Below are positions 8,672 through 16,902 of a DNA stretch of 54,939 nt, in pieces. The notes below the pieces were generated by a model. It saw only the letters and a list, made by a program, of their open reading frames with translations, was not told the DNA's origin and searched no databases. Both the position numbers and the translations under genes were made by a program. The stretch is from Candidatus Uhrbacteria bacterium (GTDB lineage: Bacteria; Patescibacteriota; Patescibacteriia; UBA9934; GWF2-40-263): the NCBI GenBank assembly GCA_026395055.1, contig JAPLZK010000002.1, forward strand, positions 1 to 54,939. The letters run 5' to 3'. Each line of letters begins with the position of its first letter. Positions within the stretch are counted from its first letter, which is position 1.

Positions 8672-9745
8672 GTGTTCGAACAATTCTTGGCTCATTACGA
8701 GCTGTTGAAGCAAGTGCCGTTCGTTTTGTTCGTGATCATCCTTGCGTTCGTCTTTGAAGGTACGAACGGATTTCATGACGCGCCCAATTCAATTGCGCTC
8801 ATGGTTAAGACGAAAGTCATGTCTTACCGCAAGGCGATTGTCTGGGCGGCATTCTGGAACTTTGCTGCCACGTGGTTCGTTGGAACCGCGATTGCAAACA
8901 CTGTTGCAAAGTGGATCTTTCCGGAGTTCGTGACGCCAGAAGTGATCGGCGCTGGTCTCATTGGTGCCATTGTCTGGAATTTGGCGACATGGGCGAAGGG
9001 AATTCCCTCAAGCTCATCGCATGCACTTCTGGGCGGATTTGGTGGAGCGGCTATTGCAATGGCTGGAACTGCGCACGGCGTCATGCACATGGAAAAAGTG
9101 TACATGATCATCGCGTTCATCTTCTTGTCCCCGGTTGCAGGTTCGTGGATCAGCCTCTGGCTCCTGCGGATTATCCGTATGAAAGCTCCGCCGACGGAAC
9201 AAAATACCTCGGGTTCGCTTGCGAAAGTCATGCAGATCGTTTCTTCCGCGGCGTACAGTTGTGGTCACGGCGCGAACGACTCGCAAAAGACCATGGGCAT
9301 CATCGCTGCCCTGCTCTACTGCAGCATTCTGAAGTCGGATCAGGCAGCGTTCATGGCTGGAACCGCCAAGTTTCCGTCGTGGATCATCTTCGCCTGTTAT
9401 GCGTGCATGGCACTCGGTACGCTCATGGGTGGGCGTCGAATCATGAACACGATGACCGACGATATTACGAACGACATCAATCCACGTTCTGCGGCGACCA
9501 TTGGGGTCTCTGCAGCGGTTGTGCTCTTCGCTTCCCAAGCACTCGGCATTCCGGTGTCGACGACCCATGCGATCAACGGTTCCATCGTTGGTGCAGCCAT
9601 GGAAAATCACCCGATTTCCGAGATCTACTGGAAAAAGATCCTGGAAATTGGTTACACCTGGGTCATCACCCTTCCTGGCGCCGGCCTCGTTGCCGCGCTC
9701 GCCTACTGGGTCATCATGTACTTCCGAACCACTCACGCTGCTTAA
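8672..9745 (+). CDS. pit: inorganic phosphate transporter, PiT family
   Basis: Duplicated PiT signature: FEGTNGFHDAPNSIA and CGHGANDSQKTMGIIAAL. Multi-TM. GTG 8672 is preceded by GGAGG (8660-8664), so I prefer it over the ORF-track start. Confidence 0.85.
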   Translation: MFEQFLAHYELLKQVPFVLFVIILAFVFEGTNGFHDAPNSIALMVKTKVMSYRKAIVWAAFWNFAATWFVGTAIANTVAKWIFPEFVTPEVIGAGLIGAIVWNLATWAKGIPSSSSHALLGGFGGAAIAMAGTAHGVMHMEKVYMIIAFIFLSPVAGSWISLWLLRIIRMKAPPTEQNTSGSLAKVMQIVSSAAYSCGHGANDSQKTMGIIAALLYCSILKSDQAAFMAGTAKFPSWIIFACYACMALGTLMGGRRIMNTMTDDITNDINPRSAATIGVSAAVVLFASQALGIPVSTTHAINGSIVGAAMENHPISEIYWKKILEIGYTWVITLPGAGLVAALAYWVIMYFRTTHAA

Positions 9746-9771
9746 AAGGCAGTGTTTTTGTTTGTCTTCCC

Positions 9772-9800
9772 TTGACAATTTGGCATTTTGATGGTATATT
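9772..9800 (+). promoter_or_regulatory. near-consensus sigma70 promoter ahead of the 9988-12738 gene set
   Basis: TTGACA (9772-9777), 17 nt, TATATT (9795-9800). Confidence 0.6.
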
Positions 9801-9894
9801 TGCCCGTCAAAATTCCTTCAAATTTGTGTCTTTTTTCTGTGTGGTCTTTGGAGAGAGCATGCAGAAAACCCAACAAAATCCCGCGTTCCAAGAT

Positions 9895-9933
9895 AATCCC
9901 CACGAATTCTCTCCGAACGTGGGATTTTGTTTA
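9895..9933 (+). terminator. terminator-like hairpin inside the long leader (attenuator or end of a ~125-nt sRNA)
   Basis: AATCCCCACG aattctctccgaa CGTGGGATT TTGTTT. The loop CTCTCC is complementary to GGAGAGAG at 9850-9857. Confidence 0.45.
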
Positions 9934-9987
9934 AAGTGTCTAAACCCATTCGCGTGTGATCGCGAAACATGAAGGAGCAGCACAAAG

Positions 9988-10917
9988 ATGCGAAAGCCTG
10001 TTCAGAAGTTGAAGTCTTTCTTTTGTTTGGATGCGTCAGCATTCGACGTCGATCATGATGAAGTCGAAGTGTATCGGCATCCGAAGTTGGGACATCTGTC
10101 GCCAAAGGAAGCGACTCGTGTGCACAACAAGCTGGTCGTTCGCCATAACGGTGACGCGGACGAGATGCATCATGCGAAGCTTCCGATCATCGGGCATTAT
10201 CTCGACGAGAACGCCAAGGATGGTGTTTACCTGAAGCCCGTGTTCAAGGTGCCACATCGCGCGAAGACGGCTTCGTGGAAGGATGCTTCCAATGCGTCCA
10301 AGCAGTGGGCGCGCCATGAGCGTCGTCTCACGCAAAGCAAGACGCGACGGGAAGTGAAGATGAACGAGCATCGCGCGGTCTATGTGGCCAAGCGTGCGCA
10401 CAAGGAAGAGATGGAGAATGTCTGTCGTTTCGTTCTTGCATATTCGGAATACCGAGACATCTACAAGCGCGGCCGCAAGTACTCGCACCTCGCCTACTTG
10501 ATGGCGCGTACGGATTACGCGGAATGGCGCTTGCACAACGAGCCTTCGCCGGTGGAGTCGAGTGTGACCATGAACGTGACGCGCGTGCGTTGCGTGGAAG
10601 TCTCGACTCACTCGCGTGATCAGAATCAGCTCGACGATTTGCGATACCTGCAGGAAGAAAACGAGCCGCAGAATCTGGAAGATCTCGGTCACGAAGGTTT
10701 CTGGAACCCGTCGCTCCCGGCAGGTTTCGGCATCGTCACGGACGAGAGTTTTAATCATCGGGGCGAACTGCGCCGCGTGAAGTTCGTTCCGCTCGCGGAC
10801 AAGCTCCACTTGATGGAATGCTTCCGTCCGGATGCATACCAAGATGAAGATCGCGACGATGACACCATGAGCGAACTGCGCTTTCAGTCCGAACAGGAAA
10901 TGCGGAAGGCAGCCTAG
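9988..10917 (+). CDS. hypothetical protein (309 aa)
   Basis: ORF track. AAGGAG 11 nt upstream, promoter upstream, hairpin + T-run downstream. GC-rich block. No family recognised. Confidence 0.7.
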   Translation: MRKPVQKLKSFFCLDASAFDVDHDEVEVYRHPKLGHLSPKEATRVHNKLVVRHNGDADEMHHAKLPIIGHYLDENAKDGVYLKPVFKVPHRAKTASWKDASNASKQWARHERRLTQSKTRREVKMNEHRAVYVAKRAHKEEMENVCRFVLAYSEYRDIYKRGRKYSHLAYLMARTDYAEWRLHNEPSPVESSVTMNVTRVRCVEVSTHSRDQNQLDDLRYLQEENEPQNLEDLGHEGFWNPSLPAGFGIVTDESFNHRGELRRVKFVPLADKLHLMECFRPDAYQDEDRDDDTMSELRFQSEQEMRKAA

Positions 10918-10943
10918 TTCATTTCTCGCCTGAGATTCACTCA

Positions 10944-10989
10944 GGCCTTTTCACAAGTTCTCGAAGTGGTCGAGGGCTGGTGATCAGAA
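10944..10989 (+). repeat. 46-bp post-terminator module, copy 1
   Basis: GGCCTTTTCACaAGTTCTCGAAgtggTCGAGGGCTgGTGATCAGAA; 42/46 identical to 11694-11739. Two of the four differences fall in the loop of the CTCGA/TCGAG hairpin and none fall in its stem. Confidence 0.75.
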
Positions 10990-11001
10990 GCTGGAGGTTC
11001 C

Positions 11002-11664
11002 ATGTCAGACAGCAAAAAGAAGCCTGAGAATCGCGACCCGTTGATCGTGGTCGATATCATCCGCTCGTTCGCGCCGCCGGCATTCAAGCCGTCGCTGCCA
11101 TCGGGTTACAATCCGACTCCAATCGGATCAATGAAACTTTCGGATCGGACGGAGAAGCATTCGCTGTTTGGTTCGGGTGTGTATCCGAAGGGGCTGGCGC
11201 ATTCGGATTTTCTTTCCGCGCTCATTCCCGAGAACGTCGTCAATCATCAAACGGGCATTTATGGTACCGATGAAGACGAAGCGTTCGTTCCGAAGAATCA
11301 GGATTGGATGAAAGAATTGCTCATAGATCTCACGCGTCATTTCTCGAGGCATTTCGCTGAATCAGCGCTCCGTGCGTCACGTTCGGAAATGCTTCGCCTG
11401 CAACGGAAGGATTCCATCTTCCCAGCAACGGGTAACCTCTCAGAACTCACGGTCGGTGCATTTTGCAACCCTCTGTTCGAGGGGTCTCACGATTTCTTGT
11501 ACGATCCTCGGATGCGGGATCCCGATCGGAAAGCCACGGAGCGCTACTACGGTGGCCATCGCTACAGCCGGTATCTCGGCTTCATTGATCGCGAAAGAAA
11601 TTTCAAAGCGTATCTGAAGTTCGACGAGAATGGCGGGTACGAAGAGAATGAATTCGCACATTGA
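11002..11664 (+). CDS. hypothetical protein (220 aa)
   Basis: ORF track. GGAGG 6 nt upstream. No family recognised. Confidence 0.7.
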   Translation: MSDSKKKPENRDPLIVVDIIRSFAPPAFKPSLPSGYNPTPIGSMKLSDRTEKHSLFGSGVYPKGLAHSDFLSALIPENVVNHQTGIYGTDEDEAFVPKNQDWMKELLIDLTRHFSRHFAESALRASRSEMLRLQRKDSIFPATGNLSELTVGAFCNPLFEGSHDFLYDPRMRDPDRKATERYYGGHRYSRYLGFIDRERNFKAYLKFDENGGYEENEFAH

Positions 11665-11693
11665 TCCTACAAAAACATCTGCCCAATCACTTG

Positions 11694-11739
11694 GGCCTTT
11701 TCACTAGTTCTCGAAATGCTCGAGGGCTTGTGATCAGAA
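11694..11739 (+). repeat. 46-bp post-terminator module, copy 2
   Basis: GGCCTTTTCACtAGTTCTCGAAatgcTCGAGGGCTtGTGATCAGAA, directly after the GCCCAAtcacTTGGGC hairpin. Confidence 0.75.
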
Positions 11740-12012
11740 AGAAAATCGAATATGAAGGATAAAGAGTATGCTATCTTTTCGTCTGTAACTTGTGAGCAGA
11801 TGAACCCGCGCGCAAGCGAAGATGGTTGATGTATTTCCCGATGCAAACAAGGCTCCGGCTTTCTTCGCACCGCACGAACCCATCTTTTTTGTTTACGCTT
11901 CGGCCAATGAACAAAAGCTCTTCTCCTTCATCTTCGGTTTTCTTTCGCCTGTTGTGTAACAGGCGCCGACGTTCTTTCACCCGCGGATTCTTCCGCATTT
12001 TCAGGAGACAAC

Positions 12013-12738
12013 ATGATGCCTCAAAAACGCATCCTCGTAGACGATTCGCAACCTCCTGTCGCTCGACCAAGACAAACATTGGTTGAGAGAGCTCCGAAGC
12101 CTGCCGTTCGTACCAAGTTGGTCGGGCAGGAGCCTTATCGGTATCACGGTGATGAATCTACCCCAGTTCGTTTTGAGCATCTTCCTTGGATTCGAAATCA
12201 ACTGGATGAATTGTCGCAAGAGCTGAGTGATGCGCCGTTCCGAGCTTACAAGCTCATGAGCGAAACACACTCGGATCAATGCTTCCTCGCTTCAGAAGAG
12301 GAGGGGCATTATACACGCCCTCGAAAAGTTCAGGTGTGTTACAAGCGCGCAACGCAACCCACATCATCCGACGCATTCACGGTCGAGGAATACGCGGGAC
12401 CGTTCCCGAAACTTCATTACCTTCCACACAAGAAATATGATGTGGATGTTCACATCTGTTTCGTGAACGATAATTGCGGCGGGGAAATCGAAGTCGAAGG
12501 GAAGATGGTTCCGATCATGTTTTCTGACATGTTTGCGAAAATGAGTCGCCATCCCGAGCTGGTCGAGTGGGTGTATCATCCGTGTCTCGCGGACTATACC
12601 TATGCGCCGGATGAATGGATTCTGGTTGGATGTAGTTCGAAGACGTTCTACACCCTCGAAGGTTCGCTCATCGTGGCTCGTCGAGAGTTTTTGACCGCGA
12701 GCGTGATTCGAAAGGCGATTGGCAAAGCCGTGCGTTAG
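12013..12738 (+). CDS. hypothetical protein (241 aa)
   Basis: ORF track. CAGGAGA 5 nt upstream. No family recognised. Confidence 0.7.
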   Translation: MMPQKRILVDDSQPPVARPRQTLVERAPKPAVRTKLVGQEPYRYHGDESTPVRFEHLPWIRNQLDELSQELSDAPFRAYKLMSETHSDQCFLASEEEGHYTRPRKVQVCYKRATQPTSSDAFTVEEYAGPFPKLHYLPHKKYDVDVHICFVNDNCGGEIEVEGKMVPIMFSDMFAKMSRHPELVEWVYHPCLADYTYAPDEWILVGCSSKTFYTLEGSLIVARREFLTASVIRKAIGKAVR

Positions 12739-12749
12739 GTTTCTTTCTT

Positions 12750-12780
12750 GGGTTCACACACATGAACCCACCTTTTCTCT
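12750..12780 (+). terminator. intrinsic terminator after 12013-12738
   Basis: GGGTTCA cacaca TGAACCC ACCTTTTCTCT, followed by a second hairpin CTTACGAT gctgaa ATCGTAA (12783-12802). Confidence 0.55.
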
Positions 12781-12821
12781 TGCTTACGATGCTGAAATCG
12801 TAAACAGAACAGAAGGAACTC

Positions 12822-12850
12822 TTGAACTTATTTGTTGATCCTTTTATAAT
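12822..12850 (+). promoter_or_regulatory. near-consensus sigma70 promoter of a non-coding unit
   Basis: TTGAAC (12822-12827), 17 nt, TATAAT (12845-12850). Confidence 0.55.
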
Positions 12851-12856
12851 AGGGTC

Positions 12857-13080
12857 AAGTTTCATCTTCCAGCCTGGTCCATTCCATGCTGCGAAAGACA
12901 GTACGATGTCTTTGAGCCAAAATCGCGAGCCGCCGCGCTCTTCGTGAGTGCAGCAAAGAATCTCTCTCCTCTGCTCAAACATTTTGTTTCTATCTTACAG
13001 CGTGGCTATCTTCCGCAGCATAGAACGGATCAGATGTGGATAACGTAGGTTTGCCTTAGGGCCAAATCCTACGTTTTTTT
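12857..13080 (+). ncRNA. candidate ~220-nt structured sRNA (unclassified)
   Basis: Promoter-to-terminator unit with no SD-led ORF. Long-range pairing ATGCTGCG (12886-12893) with CGCAGCAT (13014-13021), extended by GGTCC/GGATC and CATCT/AGATG. Terminator AACGTAGG...CCTACGTT + T7 (13042-13080). Confidence 0.35.
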
Positions 13081-13139
13081 GTAAAATTACGCGTAATTCT
13101 TGAAATCATTGACACGAAATTGTCTTTCGGCACCTCCTC

Positions 13140-13168
13140 TTGACGAAGGGGTTTTGTCATGGTACGAT
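13140..13168 (+). promoter_or_regulatory. sigma70-type promoter of a second non-coding unit
   Basis: TTGACG (13140-13145), 17 nt, TACGAT (13163-13168). Confidence 0.45.
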
Positions 13169-13174
13169 CGCTTT

Positions 13175-13386
13175 ACATTTAGAGTCATATTTCGCTCAAT
13201 TGAGCAAAACTTGACCTTCTTACTTCCCCTATGGCTGGACGGTCCCGGGATTAAGAAAAATGAAGACAGCAGTGCAACACCGGTTTGACCCCCGGTTAAT
13301 GACCCACACTTCTGATCATCAACATCGCCGTCCAACAGAATAGTTAAAAGCGTCGCTTTCTTAACAAAGGCGAGGTTTTTTGTTTT
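13175..13386 (+). ncRNA. candidate ~210-nt structured sRNA (unclassified)
   Basis: No credible ORF. TGGACGG (about 13233-13241) pairs with CCGTCCA (about 13327-13335). Local hairpin ACCGG tttgaccc CCGGT. Terminator TCGCTTT cttaac AAAGGCGA + GGTTTTTTGTTTT. Confidence 0.3.
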
Positions 13387-13511
13387 ATCGTGCCCTCAAA
13401 ATTGGCGATCTGCTCGTCCTTCGGGAAAAAATTATTTCAACGTATATGAATACGTCTCAACAATTTTTTCCCTCCAGGACTTCGCATCTCATCCAATTTT
13501 GAGAGCACGAT
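13387..13511. repeat. 125-bp long inverted repeat (about 55-bp arms)
   Basis: ATCGTGCcCTCAAAATTGG...GGGAAAAAATT // AATTTTTTCCC...CCAATTTTGAGaGCACGAT. The ends pair almost perfectly and the middle is imperfect. Confidence 0.75.
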
Positions 13512-13530
13512 GCCTTCGTAAATCATGTCT

Positions 13531-13634
13531 GGGGCTCGGAATAAGGGGTTAGGGATTAGAAAAAGTGAATTTACGTTCATTTTTCCTAGTTTCTAACTCT
13601 TCATCCCTAACCCTTTGGCCCTAATCCCTGACCC
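13531..13634. repeat. G-tract/C-tract inverted-repeat element abutting the rpoB start codon
   Basis: AAGGGGTTAGGG (13543-13554), CCCTAACCCTTT (13605-13616) and CCCTAATCCCTG (13619-13630). The rpoB ATG is at 13644. Confidence 0.7.
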
Positions 13635-13643
13635 GTTTAACTT

Positions 13644-16600
13644 ATGATTTTTCAACGCACACCCGTCAAAACACGTGAGCGCAAGATCTTCACAGATGTC
13701 GTGGACGCTATGGAGCTTCCTGACCTCATTGAAGTTCAACGCCGCTCCTACCAATGGTTCTTTGATGAAGGAATCTCAGAATTGTTTTCAGAAGTAACCC
13801 CAATCAAAGACTTTATCGGTCGCGATTTGGAATTGTACTTTGATGGCTACTATCTTGATGAGCCAAAATTTGACGAAAAAGCTTCTCGTTTGAAAAACGT
13901 CACGTATGAAGCACCTTTGCGTGTGAAAACACGTTTGGTGAACTTACGTTCAAAAACGGTAAAGGAACAAGAAATTTATTTGGGTGACCTCCCAATCATG
14001 ACCCCACGCGGAACATTCGTGATTAACGGTGTTGAGCGCGTTATTGTGTCTCAGCTCGTCCGTTCTGCGGGAGCCTTTTTTACGGGAGATGTTTACCGTG
14101 GTCGCCGTTACTACGGAGCAAAAATTATTCCAAACCGTGGAGCATGGCTTGAATTTGAAACAGATCCAAAAAATGTGATCTGGGTAAAGATTGATCGAAA
14201 GCGTAAAGTTGCGGTTACCGCTCTTCTTCGTGCATTCGGAGTTACTTCTGATGAAGATATTTTGGCCATGTTTAAGGATGTTGATACCCACCCAACCAAC
14301 CATTACATTGAAGCGACCTTGAATAAAGACGTTTCAAAAACAGAAGAAGAAGGGTTGATTGAAGTGTACAAGCGTATTCGTCCAGGAGATCGTGCAACCG
14401 CGGACAACGCAAAGAGCTTGATCCACGCCATGTTCTTCAACTTCGATCGTTATGATCTTGGAAAAGTTGGACGTTATAAATTCAACCTCCGTTTCGGGGA
14501 TTCCACAGATCCAAGCGTCGTAAACCCAGAAGAAAATCGTATTATCGGAAAAGAAGATCTCAAGAAAATTATCTGTGAGATTATTCGTTTGAATATCACC
14601 CAAGACGAACCAGATGACGTTGATCACTTGGGAAACCGTCGCGTCCGAGCTGTTGGAGAATTGATCCAAGGACGATTCCGCGTTGGACTCGCTCGTATGG
14701 AGCGCATTATTAAGGATCGCATGTCGACCCAAGATATTGACGCACTTACTCCAGGTCGTCTCATCAACGCTCGTCCAGTGATTGGTGCGATTCGTGAGTT
14801 TTTCATGTCCTCACAGTTGTCTCAGTTCATGGACCAGACAAACCCTCTTTCGGAACTCGAACACAAGCGCCGTCTCTCTGCCATGGGTCCAGGTGGACTT
14901 TCACGTGAACGCGCTGGATTTGAAGTTCGTGACGTTCACCCAACTCACTACGGACGTATCTGTCCAATCGGAACACCAGAAGGACCAAACATCGGACTCA
15001 TTGGTCAGCTTTCAAGTTACGCTATCATTAATGACTACGGATTTATTGAAACGCCGTATCGAAAAGTTGTAAAAGAAACAAAGGGCGGAAAAACACGCGC
15101 GCGTGTGACTGATGAAGTTGTGTACGTAAACGCGTTCGTAGAAGAGCGTGCGGTTACGGTTCCAGCAACAGTGCCGCTTGATAAAGACGGATATGTTTTG
15201 GAAGAGTTCGTTGGAGGACGTAAATTTGGGGAACCAAAAGTTGTGAACCAATCGGAAATTGATTACATGGACGTCTCTTCACGTCAGATCGTTTCTATCG
15301 GAACAGCCTTGATTCCATTTTTGGAGCATGATGACGCAACACGTGCTCTCATGGGAACAAACATGCAACGTCAGGCCGTTCCAACCATTAAACCAGACGC
15401 ACCAATCATCGGAACAGGAATTGAAAAACGTGCTGCGAAAGATTCTGGACACGTGATTGTGGCGGAACAAGACGGAGAAATTTCTGCCATTGATGGTCGT
15501 CGCATTGAAGTGACGGACAAAGACAAAAATGTCTTCCACTACGAATTAAAAAAATTCCAACGCTCAAACAACTCAACCTCCATCAACCAACGTCCAGTTG
15601 TGATGCCAGGTCTCAAAGTAAAGAAGGGAGATGTCATCGCAGACTCTTCAAGTGTGGACCAAGGAGAACTTGCTCTCGGACAAAATGCGCTCGTCGCGTT
15701 TATGTCATGGGATGGGTACAACTTTGAAGATGCTGTTATCTTCTCAGAACGTCTCGTTCACCAAGATCGTTTCACCTCTGTACACATTGAGCACTACACG
15801 CTTGACGTTCGTGACACAAAACTTGGACCAGAAGTTGTCACATCGGACATTCCAAACGTTTCAGAAGAAAAACTTAAAAACTTAGATGCAGAAGGAGTCA
15901 TCCGTGTTGGAGCAGAAGTAAAATCTGGAGACATCTTGGTTGGAAAAATTACGCCAAAAGGTGAAACAGAATTGTCCGCAGAAGAAAAATTGCTTCGCGC
16001 CATCTTCGGAGAAAAAGCACGTGATGTTCGTGACTCTTCTATGTACTTGGAACACGGTGAACATGGAAAAGTTGTTGGCATCACCGTCTTCTCTCGTGAA
16101 GAGGGAGACAAATTGTCACCAGGAGTGATTAAATCCATCCAAGTCACCATCGCCGATCTTCGTAAGATTCAGGTGGGAGACAAGGTTGCAGGACGTCACG
16201 GAAACAAAGGTGTTATCTCAAAGGTGGTTCCGGTTTCCGACATGCCATTCCTTCCAGACGGTACACCGGTGGACGTTATTCTCACCCCACTCGGAGTTGT
16301 TTCACGTATGAACTTGGGTCAGATTCTCGAGGTTCACATGGGACTTGCAGCGAACGCCCTTGGATTCAATGTTACAACACCTGTCTTGAATGGAATCTCA
16401 GAAGACACCATCAAAGAACAATTGAAACTCGCAGGTCTTCCAGAAACAGGACAAATGATTTTGTCTGACGGAAAGACAGGAGAAAAATTTGAAAACCCAA
16501 TCACTGTTGGTTACATGTATATGCTGAAGCTCTCCCACATGGTGGAAGACAAGATGCACCAACGTTCGATTGGTCCGTACTCCCTTATTACGCAACAGCC

Positions 16601-16901
16601 TCTCGGAGGAAAAGCGCAATTCGGAGGACAGCGCTTTGGAGAAATGGAAGTTTGGGCACTGGAAGCGTATGGAGCTGCTCACACCTTGCAAGAAATTCTC
16701 ACCATTAAGTCCGATGACGTTCCAGGACGTTCAAAGGCTTACGAATCCATTATCAAGGGCGAACCTATTCGCAAAGTCAACATTCCAGAATCCTTCAACG
16801 TGCTCATTCGTGAGTTGAAGGGATTATGTCTGGACGTCGAATTGTTGAAGGACGGAAACATCGTCGCACTTAGCGAAGAGAAAGGAGTAATGAAGAAATA
16901 A
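13644..16901 (+). CDS. rpoB: DNA-directed RNA polymerase subunit beta
   Basis: 1085-aa ORF with canonical beta motifs (e.g. [32 protein letters not shown]). Confidence 0.98.
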   Translation: MIFQRTPVKTRERKIFTDVVDAMELPDLIEVQRRSYQWFFDEGISELFSEVTPIKDFIGRDLELYFDGYYLDEPKFDEKASRLKNVTYEAPLRVKTRLVNLRSKTVKEQEIYLGDLPIMTPRGTFVINGVERVIVSQLVRSAGAFFTGDVYRGRRYYGAKIIPNRGAWLEFETDPKNVIWVKIDRKRKVAVTALLRAFGVTSDEDILAMFKDVDTHPTNHYIEATLNKDVSKTEEEGLIEVYKRIRPGDRATADNAKSLIHAMFFNFDRYDLGKVGRYKFNLRFGDSTDPSVVNPEENRIIGKEDLKKIICEIIRLNITQDEPDDVDHLGNRRVRAVGELIQGRFRVGLARMERIIKDRMSTQDIDALTPGRLINARPVIGAIREFFMSSQLSQFMDQTNPLSELEHKRRLSAMGPGGLSRERAGFEVRDVHPTHYGRICPIGTPEGPNIGLIGQLSSYAIINDYGFIETPYRKVVKETKGGKTRARVTDEVVYVNAFVEERAVTVPATVPLDKDGYVLEEFVGGRKFGEPKVVNQSEIDYMDVSSRQIVSIGTALIPFLEHDDATRALMGTNMQRQAVPTIKPDAPIIGTGIEKRAAKDSGHVIVAEQDGEISAIDGRRIEVTDKDKNVFHYELKKFQRSNNSTSINQRPVVMPGLKVKKGDVIADSSSVDQGELALGQNALVAFMSWDGYNFEDAVIFSERLVHQDRFTSVHIEHYTLDVRDTKLGPEVVTSDIPNVSEEKLKNLDAEGVIRVGAEVKSGDILVGKITPKGETELSAEEKLLRAIFGEKARDVRDSSMYLEHGEHGKVVGITVFSREEGDKLSPGVIKSIQVTIADLRKIQVGDKVAGRHGNKGVISKVVPVSDMPFLPDGTPVDVILTPLGVVSRMNLGQILEVHMGLAANALGFNVTTPVLNGISEDTIKEQLKLAGLPETGQMILSDGKTGEKFENPITVGYMYMLKLSHMVEDKMHQRSIGPYSLITQQPLGGKAQFGGQRFGEMEVWALEAYGAAHTLQEILTIKSDDVPGRSKAYESIIKGEPIRKVNIPESFNVLIRELKGLCLDVELLKDGNIVALSEEKGVMKK

Positions 16902-16902
16902 T

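Noticed and set aside
8872-9972. 366-aa plus-strand ORF, and the 254-aa minus-strand ORF (9014-9778), overlapping pit
   Set aside because: These are alternative frames of a GC-rich gene. Their Arg/Gly/His-rich composition is typical of out-of-frame translation. The pit frame carries the duplicated PiT signature.
10036-10842. 268-aa minus-strand ORF opposite 9988-10917, and similar antisense ORFs at 21422-22210 and 35655-36383
   Set aside because: None has an SD or promoter. The chosen sense frames are bracketed by promoter, SD and terminator signals.
12668-12982. 104-aa minus-strand ORF in the non-coding interval
   Set aside because: It has no SD. It runs across the 12013-12738 terminator and the 12822-12850 promoter. 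The region is better explained as a promoter-to-terminator RNA unit.
13175-13386. tmRNA, RNase P RNA, SRP RNA or a T-box leader
   Set aside because: - It lacks the GGGG...CCACCA tRNA-like ends and tag ORF of tmRNA.
- It lacks the GGAAAGUCCGGGC and ACAGAA(A/C)CCGGCUUA blocks of RNase P.
- It lacks the GGAA-tetraloop/AGCA motif of SRP RNA.
- It lacks the T-box sequence.
- It is also too short for RNase P.
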